Made by a program: the position numbers and the translations under genes. DNA of 64,000 nt from assembly GCF_009914755.1 (NCBI RefSeq), contig NC_060941.1. One strand, 5' to 3'. Below the pieces are notes generated by a model. It searched no databases and was not told where the DNA came from. It saw only the letters and a list, made by a program, of their open reading frames with translations. The stretch is from the human T2T-CHM13v2.0 reference genome, Homo sapiens. Positions 18,045 to 30,164 of this stretch are shown piece after piece (the stretch's first letter is position 1; every line of letters begins with the position of its first letter).

Positions 18045-18337
18045 AGCCTGGGCATGGTGGCTCACACCTGTAATCCTAGCACTTTGGGAGCCTGAGGCGG
18101 GTGGGTCACAAGGTCAGGAGTTCAAGACCAGCTTGGCCAAGATGGTGAAACCCTGTCCCTGCTAAAAACACAAAAATTATCTGGGCTTGGTGGTAGGTGT
18201 CTGTAATCCCAGCTACTCAGGAGGCTAAGGCAGAGAATTGCTTGAATGCAGGAGATGGAGGTTGCAGTGAGCCAAGATCGTACCACTGCACACCAGCCTG
18301 GGCAACAGAGTAAGACTCCATCTCAAAAAAACAAAAA
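18045..18337 (+). mobile_element. Alu
   Basis: Forward Alu; approximate TSD AAAA(C/T)AGT(A/G)TGGA. Confidence 0.92.
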
Positions 18338-18454
18338 TAGTGTGGAGATTCCTCAAAAAATTAAAAATACCATACGATCCGGCAATCCTGTTTTTTGGTA
18401 TTTATCCAAAATAATTGGAATCATGATCTCCAAGAGATATTGGCACTCCCATGT

Positions 18455-20945
18455 TGATATGGTTTAACTCTGTGTCCCCACTCAAATCTGATCTAGAATT
18501 TTAATCCCTACGTGTTGAGGGAGGGACCTGTAATCCCCATGTGTTGAAGTAGGGAGGGAAGTGATTGGATCATGGGGTGGGGGCAGTTTCCCCCAGGCTG
18601 TTCTCTTGATAGTGAGTGAGTTCTCATGAGATTTTTCTTTTTTTTTTGAGACTGAGTCAGGCTGGAGTGCAGTGGCATGATCTCAGCTCTCTGTAACCTC
18701 TGCCTCCCGGTTCCAGCGATTCTCCTGCCTCAGCCTACTGAGTAGCTGGGATTAGAGGTGCATGCCACCACACCTAATTTTTTTTGTATTTTTAGTAGAG
18801 ATGGGGTTTTGCCATGTTGGCCAGGCTGGTCTCAAACTCCTGGTCTCAAGCAATCCACCTGCCTTGGCCTCCCAAAGTGCTGGGATTACAAGCATGAGCC
18901 ACTGTGCCCAGTCAGAGTTCTCATGAGATCTAACGGTTTTCTAAGCATCTGGCATTTCCCCTGCTTGCACTTCTCTTGCCTGCCACCATATAAGATTTGC
19001 CTACTTCCCGTTTCACCATGGTGGCAAGTTTCCTGAGGCCTCCCCAGCCATGCGGAACTGTGAGTCAATTAAACCTTGTTCTTTTATAAATTACCCAGTC
19101 TCAGGTATTTCTTTATAGCAGTGTGAAAATGGGCTAAAACAGTAAATACAATGGGGGTACAGGCATTGGGTAAATGTTTCCATTCCAAATGGGAGAAATT
19201 GGCCAAAACACATGGGCTACAGGCCCTATGCAAGTCCAAAACCCAGCTGGTCAGTCATTAAATCTCAAAGCTCCAAAATCTCCTTTGACTTTATGTGTCA
19301 CATCAAGGTCATGCTGATGCAAGAGGTGGGTTCCCATGGTCTTGGGCAGCTCTGCCCCTGTGGTTTTGCAGGGTGGAGCCTCCCTCTCGGCTGCTTTCAC
19401 CAGCTGGCATTGAGTGTCTGTGGCTTTTCTAGTTGCACAGTGCAAGCTTTCAGTGGATCTACCATTCTGGGGTCTGGAGAACAGTGACCCTCTTCTCATA
19501 GCTCCACTAGGCAGTGCCCCAGTGGGGACTCTGTGTGGGGGCTCTAACCCCACATTTCCCTTCCACACTGCCCTAGCAGAGGTTCTCCATGAGGGCTCCA
19601 CCCCTGCAGCAGGTTTCTGCCTGCACATCCAGGTGTTTTCATACATCCTCTGAAATGTAGTGGAGGTTTCCAAACCTCAATTCTTGACTTCTGTGCACCT
19701 GCAGGCCCAACACCACGTGGAAGCCACCAAGGCTTGGAGTTTGTACCCTCTGAAGCCATGGCCCCTTTTAGCTCTGGCTGGAGCTGGAGTGGCTGGGATG
19801 CAGGGCACCAAGTGCCAAGGCTGCACAAAGCAGCAGGGTGCTGGGCCTTGCCCATAAAATTATTTTTTCCTCCTAGGACTCCAGGCCTATGATGAGAGGA
19901 GCTGGCTTGAAGATCTCTAACATGCCTTGGAGACATTTTTCCCATTGTCTTGGCTACTAACATTTGGTTCCTGGTTACTTATGCAAATTTCTGCAGCTCA
20001 TTTGAATTCTTCCTCAGAAACTGGGTTTTTCTTTTCTACCACGTGGTCAGGCTGCAAATTTTCCAAACCTTTATGCTCTGCTTCCCTTTTAAACATAAGT
20101 TAAAATTCCAAACCATGTCTTTGTGAATGCGTATAACTAAATGCTTTTGAGAGCACCCAGGTCACTTCTTGAATGCTTTGCTGCTTAGAAATTTCTTCTG
20201 CCAGATACCCTAAATCATCTCTCTCAAGTTCAAAGTTCCACAGATCTCCAGGGCATGGTCAAAATGGCACCAGTCTCTTTGCTAAAGCATAGCAATAGTG
20301 ACCTTTGCTCCAGTTCCCAATAAGCTCCTCATCTCTATCTGTGACCGCCTGAGCCTGGGCTTCATTGTCCATATCACTATCAGCATTTTGGCCAAAACCA
20401 TTCAACAAATCTTTAGGAAGTTCCAAACTTTCCCACATCTTCCTGTCTTCTTCTGAGCCCTCCAACCTGTTCCAACCTCTGCCTGTTACTCAGTTCCAAA
20501 ATTGCTTTCACATTTTCAAGTTATCTTTATAGCAGTGCCCCACTACATTGGTACCAATTTACTGTATTAGTCCATTTTCACACTGCTATAAAGAAATACC
20601 CAAAACTGGGTAATTTATAAAGGAAAGAGATTTAATTAACTCACAGTTCCACATGGCTGGTGGAGGTGGCTCAGGAAACTTACAATCATGGCTGAAGGGG
20701 AAGCAGGCACGTTTTACAAGGTGGCAAATGAGAGAAGTGCAAGCGGTAGAAATGTCAGATGCTTAGAAAACCATTAGATCTCATGAGAACTCACTCACTA
20801 TCATGAAACCAGCATGGGGGAAACCCTCCCATGGTCCAATCCCCTCCCTCCCTTGACACGTGGGAATTAAAACTTCCTCCTTTGACACATGGGGATTGCA
20901 ATTCAAGTTGAGATTTGGGTGGGGACACAGAGCCAAACAATATCA
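18455..20945. mobile_element. MSTA-like MaLR element with inverted LTRs: LTR(+) 18455-19141, internal(-) 19148-20562, LTR(-) 20563-20945
   Basis: Left end TGATATGGTTT, right end AACAATATCA. CATGT 5-bp TSD at 18450-18454 and 20946-20950. Confidence 0.85.
18633..18913 (-). mobile_element. Alu inserted in an MST LTR
   Basis: TSD GAGTTCTCATGAGAT at 18618-18632 and 18915-18929. Confidence 0.95.
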
Positions 20946-21005
20946 CATGTTCATTGCAGCATTGTTCACAAAAGCCAAGAGGTGGAAACATGTGTCCATC
21001 CACTG

Positions 21006-21429
21006 TGATATGGTTTGGACATGTGTCTCCTCCAAATCTCATGTTGAAATGTGATCTCCAGTGTTGGAGGTGGGTCCTATTGGGAGGTGTTTGGGTCATG
21101 GTGGTGGATCCCTCATAAATGGCTTTGTGCTGGCCTTGTGGCAATGAGTGAGCTCTCATCCTATTAGTTCATGCAAGAGCTGGTTGTTTAAAAGAACCTG
21201 GCATCTCCTTCCATCTCTCTTGCTCCCTCTCCTGCCATGTGACATGCTTGCTCCCCCTTCACCTTCCACCATGAGTAAAACCTTCTTGAGGCCTCGCAGA
21301 AGCCCAGCAGATGCTGGCACCATATTTCCTGTACAGCCTACAGAACTGTGAGCCAAATAAACTTCTTTTCTTTATTAAGTTCCCCAGCCTCAGATGTTCC
21401 TTTATGGCAATGCAAAATGAGCTAACACA
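21006..21429 (+). mobile_element. Solo MSTB-like MaLR LTR
   Basis: TGATATGGTTTGG...GCTAACACA; TSD CACTG/CACAG. Confidence 0.85.
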
Positions 21430-21684
21430 CACAGATGAATGGATAAAGAAAATGTGGTATACACACAAAGTGGAATACTATTCAGGCTTAAAAAAGAAGA
21501 AATTTCTGACATATGCAACAATATGGATGAGATTTAAGGACAATATGCAAAGTGAAATATGCCAGTTACAGAAAAGGAAATAATTCTACTTTTATCAGGT
21601 ACCTAGAATAGTCAAATTCATGGAATCAAAGAGAGGAATGGTGGTCACCAGGGGCTGGCAGGAGGAGAAAACAGGGAGTTACTA

Positions 21685-22052
<368 letters not shown>

Positions 22053-22787
22053 AAAATCCAGTCAGGCAAGATGAATGAGCTCAAGAGAGCTGCTGTACAG
22101 CAGTGTCCTCTACAGTCAACAATAATGGATTGCATATTAAATATATGTTAAGAGGGTAGATCTCCTACTAAGTGTTCTTACCTCAATAAAAAAATGAAAG
22201 AAAAAAATACTGGTGCTGATGCTGGGCCATCCCTCAATTTTAACTTGGTTGTCCTGGGGTGGGGCCCAGACAGATAGGGTGGACATGGTGCAACCAGACA
22301 CTTTTATGGCTGTGCTCTGCACTTAGTAGTAATTACTATTATTTATTGAGCACCTGGGGTACTAAGCACTTTGTTGCTGTTTCATTGAGCCTTCCTAGTA
22401 CCCTGTGAGGTTGGTGTTGTCATCCCCGCTTGAGAATCAAGGAATCAGAAAGTGAGGCTGTTTTCTCTAGGTCATCCACCTGGAAGTCACTAGCGCCTGT
22501 GTTCAGCCCTGGTCAGCCTGACCCCAAAGCCTATGCTCTAGCTGCTGTGCTGTGGGACTCAGGCTCCTGTGGGACACAGACGTGGGCACCACATGCCCTT
22601 TCCTTCCAATTCTCTGTCCTTTAAGTTTTAGGGTCAATAGGGTAACCTTTGCCCTGCACCTGTCCACACTGAATGGCCATCATCCAGGTGGAGAAGGGAG
22701 TGGCTTGTGGCTCAGCATTAAGGAAGAACTTTCTGGCACTCAAAGGAGCTTCATGGTGAGATGGGCAGCCTGGAAAAGCAGAGGGCA

Positions 22788-23610
22788 ACCACCACCATCC
22801 CTAGGAACCCACCACCATCCCTGGGCACCTACCCCCATCCCTGCACATCCCTCACAATCCTTGGGCACACATCACCATCTCTGGGAATCTACCACTATCC
22901 TTGCACACTTACCACCGTACCTGCACACTGACCACCATCCTACACACTCACCTCTGCCTCTGCGCACCCACCGCCATTCCTGAACATCCACCACCATCCC
23001 TGGGCACCCAACACTACCATCCCTGCACATCCACCACTGTCTCTGAACACCCACCACCATCCCTGCACATGCACCACCATCCTGGGGCACCTGCTACCAT
23101 CCTTGGGCACCCACTTCCATCCATGCACACCCATCACTGTGCCTGGGCACCCACCAACATCCCTGCACACCCACCACCATCCTGGGGCACCCACTGCCAT
23201 CCCTGGGCACCCACTACTGTCCCTGCACACCCACCACTGTGCCTGGGCACCTACCACCATCACTGCATATCTGCCACCATCCCTGGGCACCCACTACCAT
23301 CCTTGCACATCCACCACTGTTCTTGCACACCCACCACTGTCCCTGGGCACCCACCACAATGCCTGCATATCCACCACTATTTCTGGGCACCAACCACCAT
23401 CCCTGCACATCTATCACCATCCCTGGGCACCCACCATCATCCCCGTGCACCCACTACCATCCCTGCACACACACCACCATCTCTGGGCACCCACTACCAT
23501 CCTTGCACACGCACCACTGTCCTTGCACACCTGTTAACATCCCTGGGTACCCATCACCATCTCTGTACATCCATCACCATCCCTAGGTGTCTACCATTAT
23601 CCCTGGATAA
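22788..23610. repeat. 20-bp minisatellite (about 41 units), CCACCACCATCCCTG(GG/CA)CAC, directly upstream of SPACA3
   Basis: Period 20 is visible in the column alignment of lines 22981-23581; two roughly alternating unit variants. Confidence 0.93.
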
Positions 23611-23654
23611 TCATCTGAAAGATCTGTTGGGAGAGGAAGTGTCATCCCTCAGTG

Positions 23655-23656
<2 letters not shown>

Positions 23657-23699
<43 letters not shown>

Positions 23700-23727
23700 C
23701 GCATGTGTGTATGTGTGTGTGTGTGTG
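23657..23727. repeat. (GT)17(GC)6(AT/GT)n alternating purine-pyrimidine tract in the SPACA3 promoter region
   Basis: Uninterrupted RY alternation for about 71 bp. Confidence 0.95.
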
Positions 23728-24003
23728 GGGCAGAGATGTGCAAGGGGGCTGGGATTAGATATCCTGCTCTGCCTCTGGACCCTGAGTGGAAGGGCTCAGG
23801 TGGGCTAGTCAAAGCTCTGTGGTGGCGCTGTTTGTGGAAGATGAGCTCACAGAGCTGGAGTTCTAGAAGGCCCTCCGTTGGCCTGGAGCCTGCCTTCCCC
23901 ATTGTTCTCTTAACACTGGGTGCCTGGGGCCCTGGCAAGGTTGTGGGGGACATCTTGAGCTGAAGCAGGGTTTTGAGCCACTGCTGCTGCTGCCATTGTC
24001 ACC

Positions 24004-24037
24004 ATGGTCTCAGCTCTGCGGGGAGCACCCCTGATCA
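24004..24037 (+). CDS. SPACA3: SPACA3 coding exon 1 (MVSALRGAPLI-R)
   Basis: accATGG Kozak context; donor GTGAGC at 24038; joins exon 2 in phase 1. Confidence 0.93.
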
Positions 24038-27000
24038 GTGAGCCCCCTTTCCCTTCTTCCTGGGGCTGTTCACAGGGGCCCTGGGTTGGTCTGGCCAGAG
24101 ACCAGGTGGAGAAAAACAAGGTGGTGGTTAGGGTGGGGGTATCCTGGCCTGGAAGAGTGACCAGCTGAGAGAGGAGAGAGAGAGAGAGAGAGAAACTCTG
24201 GAGCTGCTGTGAAATGCTCAGGATGGAATTCCTTTTAAGTCACTTTTCTACAAAAAAAAAAAAAAAAAAAAAAATCAAAAACAGTCCATGTGTAGCAGTC
24301 AATTTAGTTTCCTCCTCTACAACTTAGGGATATTAACCCCACACCTTTCAATTGCTGAGAGGATTGGATGAGATTAAGTTGGAAAAGCTCTGGGAAAGGC
24401 CTGGCACAGTGTTCAAAGACTTGACAAACTCCACCAGGTTGGCTGCCTCCTCCTTCTCACTCCCCTCGCGGTGAGGAGAAGGTCTCATGTCCCTGTGGCC
24501 ACGCCTTTTGTGGACTTGAGTTTCAGAAGCAGCCACAGAGCAGCTACTCCATGCCAGCAACTCTGCAGATAAATAAGACATGCAGATAAATAAGACCAGC
24601 CGCCGTTCTTCAGAAGTTAACTTTGTGGTGGGAAAGACTGACATCTATTCCAGCCTCGTGTGACAGAGGATGTGGAAGATCGGGTGTGTGAGAGTGTGGG
24701 GGGTGGTGGCATGCCAGGAGACTCTCACTGGGGAACACACCTCTGATAAGACCCTTCAAGTATGAGTCAGAGTTAACCATGTAGAGGAAAGGAGAGGGTG
24801 AATGTTCTAGAGAGCAAGGTCATTGTGAGAGAACAAGGTGGCACTGCTGAAACATAACGTGTGAATGAGGGAGTGGGCCGCAGGGCTGGGCTGTGAAGGG
24901 TCGTGAAGGGCCGTGTGGACCTCGAAGGGGCAGTTATGGTGGGAGCCATCCAAGGTGTCACAGGGCTGGGCTTTTCATTTAACAAATTTGTTCTGATGGA
25001 TGTGTATAGAATAGCTTGGAAGAGTGGTTGAGACATGATACAAGAAGACCATGAAGGAAGCCAGGATGGAGGTGTGAACCTAGGAAAGGACGGTGCTCTC
25101 GGAGGGAAGGTGGAATCCACAGGACATTGGGACTGATTGGTTGGAACTGGGTGAAAGATGTCATGGGGAAGGAGTGAAGAATGACATTCATATTTCCAGT
25201 TTGGGTAAATGTGTGGCCCATCATGTTTTAAAGCACATAAGGAAAGTCACAAGGCAGAAGAAGGCATTGATGGAAACAGTGGTTCTGTTTAGATGTGCTG
25301 GGTTTGAGGTGCCTGCAGGGCATTCAAGTGGAAGTGTCCTGCCAGTAGCTGCCTCTGAGGTCTTGGGGAAGATGCCACAGGGGTTGCCAGCCTTCAGGCG
25401 GTGGCTAACAGCAGGGCTGCCCAGGGGGTTTCCTCAAAGTGGAAGAGAAGAGGGCTCAAGGCAGGAAGGCCTTAGAAAGCATATCAGCGTTTATGGCCTG
25501 GGCAGAAGTGAATTCCACGGAGGATAAGGAGGAGAGTCAGCCAGAGAGGGAGGAGGAAACCTGGCAGAAGGGAGCATCGTGGAAACCAGGAGAGGCAAGC
25601 CTTTCAACAGCGGGTGGCGGACGGCATGAGTACAGCTGAGAGCTCCCATGAGACAGAGTCGAAGGGGGCCTCCTTGGACCCGCAGAGCAGTTTCAGCGCG
25701 CGGTGGTGGCAGGGAGGCCAATTCACCAGGTTGGAAAACAAGCGGGAGGGAGAAAGTGGCAATTTTCCCCAGGAGTTTGGGCGAGAAGAGGGGGAAAGAG
25801 ACAAGGGAGTAGCAGTCAGCATGAGACTTGAGGGAAGGCATTTAGAAGATGGAGACTGAGAAAGTCTCTACGAGCAGGGGAAGGAGGAGCAGGAGGGGAA
25901 CGGTGCTAGCGCGCCGGGAGAGGAGGGACAACGGATGGAGCAAGGCTTGGTGATGGGAAGGACAAATCTAGAGCTTAGAGGGAAGATGGGCCTGCATGAG
26001 ATTGGAGGCCCCGCACCCAAACAATGATGGGGTGGAGATGAGGGCGAGGAGGCTACTGATGAGTTTGCAAGTGAGCAGGGCTAAGGCAGAAAGAGGAAGA
26101 AATTCCACAAGTGAGCACCTTGCTTTTCTTAGTGCAGCAGGAGACGAGATCATGTTCTGAGAGCCAAGGGGTGGGACGGCGTGGCGTGCTAAAGGACAAT
26201 ACTGAGGGTTTTCATTTCCTGTGAGGGAAATGGGAGAGAGAAGTCTGAGCAGAGACAAGCGCGAGTACCAGTGTTAGTTGTAGTTCATAACAGAAACAAC
26301 AACTCACTTATTTTTAGTGCCAAGAGCTACGCTGTGCCCACGCCTTTTCTCATTTATTCTTCCAACAATCATATGAGGCAGGTGTTACTCACGTCCTCAT
26401 TTTATAGAGGAAGAAACAAGCCTCAGGGAGGGCCCAAAATCAGAGATGGAGCAAGGAGCAGAGGGGGGCTTCCAACCCGAACCTTGCTGCAAAGCCATGA
26501 CCTCAACCACTTTGTCATCCTCGGGGGCATTCAAGGTCCCGTGGAGGTTGGAGACCAGGGACACCAATTGGCACAAACAAGAGTTTGTACAACTCTTTCA
26601 CTTTTTGACTCTGTGAAGGTGGAGAGCAGGTGTGGAGGCGCAGAGGTCAAGAGAAGCATGGGAAGGCTTGTCAGAGGTGGTGGGCAGTGGGATAGGAGCT
26701 CACAGAGGTGGGGAAATGCGGGTGAGGACAAGAAGCAGGGATGACCAGGGCAGGGGAGGGACTGGCTGAGACACAGAGGAACTGGAGGGGACTAGGTCTG
26801 GGGAGATGAAGGAGCCCTGATGCTGTGACACCCAGGTGCTAATGTCCTCTGTGATTTGGGGGACTGGCCACACACAGCCAATGATGACAGGGCAGGGAGG
26901 TCAAACCAGACGGGCAGGCTGGGCTTCCAGGGAGAAGGGCTTTTTGCAGGTTATGGTTTAGAAGTGGTGGTGGGGGTGGAGGAGACTCTCGGGACATCTT

Positions 27001-27474
27001 GGGGTCTTGTGTGTGGAGAAAGAGCAGCTTCCCCTTGAGCGGGCTATAGGGGAGCAGTGTTCTGGGGGAGACCTTGTTTCAGTTAAGATCTGGAGATGGA
27101 GGGTCAATGCCAGAAGGGCTGTCCCTTGACAGTTGGGCTGAGAGACCCATGAACACACCGCCTGGCCATCCCCTCCGGGAGCATCTGCTCAGTGGGGCTT
27201 TGGATTTATAGAACTTTGTCTCCATCCAAACTTCGCCCCTTCCTAGTTATAAAATCTTGGGCCTCAGGACTAAATAATCCGCAACATGTAATATGGAGCT
27301 TGCAATAGGTTAGTTTTCTTCCTGTCTCTGGCCTGGGTGGTGTGAAGCAGGATGGGGAAGGAGAGGGGCTGGTCTCGGGGTCAGGGTGATGCTGATCAGG
27401 AATGCAAGGGGGCTGATACGTGCTGCTGGAGCCTGGCCTTCTGCCCACCCCTTCTCTCCTCTCCCCTTTCCCAG

Positions 27475-27783
27475 GGGTGCACTCAAGCCCTGTTTCTTCT
27501 CCTTCTGTGAGTGGACCACGGAGGCTGGTGAGCTGCCTGTCATCCCAAAGCTCAGCTCTGAGCCAGAGTGGTGGTGGCTCCACCTCTGCCGCCGGCATAG
27601 AAGCCAGGAGCAGGGCTCTCAGAAGGCGGTGGTGCCCAGCTGGGATCATGTTGTTGGCCCTGGTCTGTCTGCTCAGCTGCCTGCTACCCTCCAGTGAGGC
27701 CAAGCTCTACGGTCGTTGTGAACTGGCCAGAGTGCTACATGACTTCGGGCTGGACGGATACCGGGGATACAGCCTGGCTGACT
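27475..27783 (+). CDS. SPACA3: SPACA3 coding exon 2 (N-terminal extension, second ATG at 27648, hydrophobic segment, start of lysozyme domain [10 protein letters not shown])
   Basis: Polypyrimidine tract and CCAG acceptor; donor GTGAGA at 27784; c-type lysozyme-like translation. Confidence 0.97.
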
Positions 27784-28271
27784 GTGAGAACCCCTCTCCC
27801 TGGCGGGCCCTGACTTCCCCACACCTCCCTCCCTCTTTCCCTCCCTCTCTCCTTCTCATTCAAGGGCTGTGGCTTCGGGAGCTTTTAGAGCCCTTCTGTA
27901 AACTGAAGATGATTTGAGATGGCAGGTAGAGAACAGCCAGCACGGAGTAAAACACGCAGTAGGCAGGCAGCAGGCAACCAAATTGGAGTCACCCCTTCAT
28001 TTCCCCCTGCTGCTAAAGTCGGGGTCAAAGGAAACAAACAGCTCAGTCCCCTAAACTTAACTATGGCCACAAGGATCAGACATTCCTTCTGAAATTAGAA
28101 AAGACAAACTGAACAGAGCAGTCATGCCAAACTTTTCAAGCTGGTGGCAGTTTTAGATGGCCATGTGGGAAGGGCAGTCATACCGGGGCTCATCTTTCTA
28201 ACAGGTCGAGCACCCTCTATAGATTCCACCTGGGTCTTCCTAATCTTGTTACTGAAGATTTAGCACTTGTA

Positions 28272-28574
<303 letters not shown>

Positions 28575-28907
28575 TTAGCACTTGTAGATTCATTCAACAA
28601 ATTTATTGGGCCCTACTATGTGCTGAACAATGAGATAATGGGAAGACTGCTGGGCTAAAAGTCAAGAGGCCTGAGGCCAGCCCCAACCCATGCTATTTGG
28701 TAGCTGGATGGGACCCTGGGTGAGTCGCTGTGCACCTCTAAGCCTCGATTGATTGGTTTGCAAAGCAGGTGGGAGGGCACCTGCCCCAATCACCTTGATC
28801 AGGCAGGAGAGGCTCGGTGGAGCCAGCGTGGGACCTGTGCAGTGAGCACCCTGGTCTGGGGTGGCTGTAACCATCTGACCCCCAGGCCTATGCTCTGCCC
28901 TATGCAG

Positions 28908-29066
28908 GGGTCTGCCTTGCTTATTTCACAAGCGGTTTCAACGCAGCTGCTTTGGACTACGAGGCTGATGGGAGCACCAACAACGGGATCTTCCAGATCA
29001 ACAGCCGGAGGTGGTGCAGCAACCTCACCCCGAACGTCCCCAACGTGTGCCGGATGTACTGCTCAG
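28908..29066 (+). CDS. SPACA3: SPACA3 coding exon 3 ([12 protein letters not shown]...[15 protein letters not shown]...CRMYCS)
   Basis: AG/GT boundaries; lysozyme signature [11 protein letters not shown]. Confidence 0.97.
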
Positions 29067-29375
29067 GTAGCTGGGCCTGGGCCCAGGGCTGGCAGGAGTC
29101 AGGCCCTGCATTAGCTTTTGTTCAATTCCCAGTTTAGTTTGCTACCCCCATCTCTGAGTGAGGGTTCCCCCACATCAGGCTGGGCCCACGGAGGAGAGGG
29201 AGATGGGACAAGGGATGAGGGTAGGTCTTCCATCAGTCTGAATTGGGGTCCCAGATAGGAGACTGCCTTAGGGCTATAGGAATGGAGGGAGGATTGTTTC
29301 TGATGGAGGGGGAGAGGGATAGGGTTGTACCTGTGCTTCCGGAGTGGTTGAGACAGGATTGGATTTAGGCGAGTG

Positions 29376-29377
<2 letters not shown>

Positions 29378-29432
<55 letters not shown>

Positions 29433-29467
29433 CAGACAGATACACACTCACACACACACACACACAC
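29378..29467. repeat. Compound (GT)18(AG)n...(AC)n microsatellite in SPACA3 intron 3
   Basis: Directly visible. Confidence 0.95.
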
Positions 29468-29515
29468 CTGGATGTCTCCTGTTCTCTCATTGTGTTTCTC
29501 TGCCTATCACCCCAG

Positions 29516-29594
29516 ATTTGTTGAATCCTAATCTCAAGGATACCGTTATCTGTGCCATGAAGATAACCCAAGAGCCTCAGGGTCTGGGTTACTG
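29516..29594 (+). CDS. SPACA3: SPACA3 coding exon 4 ([27 protein letters not shown])
   Basis: CCCAG acceptor, GTAAGT donor, frame continuity. Confidence 0.97.
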
Positions 29595-29782
29595 GTAAGT
29601 AACTTGGGCTGGAGCCCCGCAGCGGTGGTATGGTTAGGACTGGTGGGCAGCAGCAGGGAACAAACCCCTTTCCTTCCTCACTTCTGGTTTAGAGACCACA
29701 CTCTCCTTCCTGTTCTTCTCTGGGCGGTGACTGGCAACTGCAGCTGATATTATCTCTCCTCTTCCCTGTTCTCCATCCTCAG

Positions 29783-29849
29783 GGAGGCCTGGAGGCATCA
29801 CTGCCAGGGAAAAGACCTCACTGAATGGGTGGATGGCTGTGACTTCTAG
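29783..29849 (+). CDS. SPACA3: SPACA3 coding exon 5 ([21 protein letters not shown]); spliced CDS is 648 nt, 215 aa
   Basis: CTCAG acceptor; TAG at 29847-29849; exon lengths 34+309+159+79+67=648. Confidence 0.97.
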
Positions 29850-29925
29850 GATGGACGGAACCATGCACAGCAGGCTGGGAAATGTGGTTTGGTTCCTGAC
29901 CTAGGCTTGGGAAGACAAGCCAGCG

Positions 29926-29931
29926 AATAAA
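29926..29931 (+). terminator. SPACA3: SPACA3 polyadenylation signal AATAAA
   Basis: AATAAA about 77 nt after the stop codon. Confidence 0.85.
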
Positions 29932-30164
29932 GGATGGTTGAACGTGAATATGGCTCTCAGCTCTCAGTGTGTCTGCAGGTGCCATGTCAGAGCCAGAGCA
30001 CCTCCGTTTTCCCTCACCTCACCTGTCCACTTGGGCTGGGTTTCCAGTGGACTCCAGAAAGCCCAGCACCAGAGGCTTACCTCCATTTCTGGTGGCCTGT
30101 GGGCAGGTGTTTGGGGGGGGCACCAGTGCATTTTTTGTCTACCACACCTGGCAAAGTTTGGGTC

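Noticed and set aside
22552-23758. Several His/Pro-rich ORFs up to 285 aa, and a superficially CRISPR-like periodicity
   Set aside because: These are translations of a 20-bp tandem minisatellite, with no unique spacers, no cas genes and a eukaryotic context
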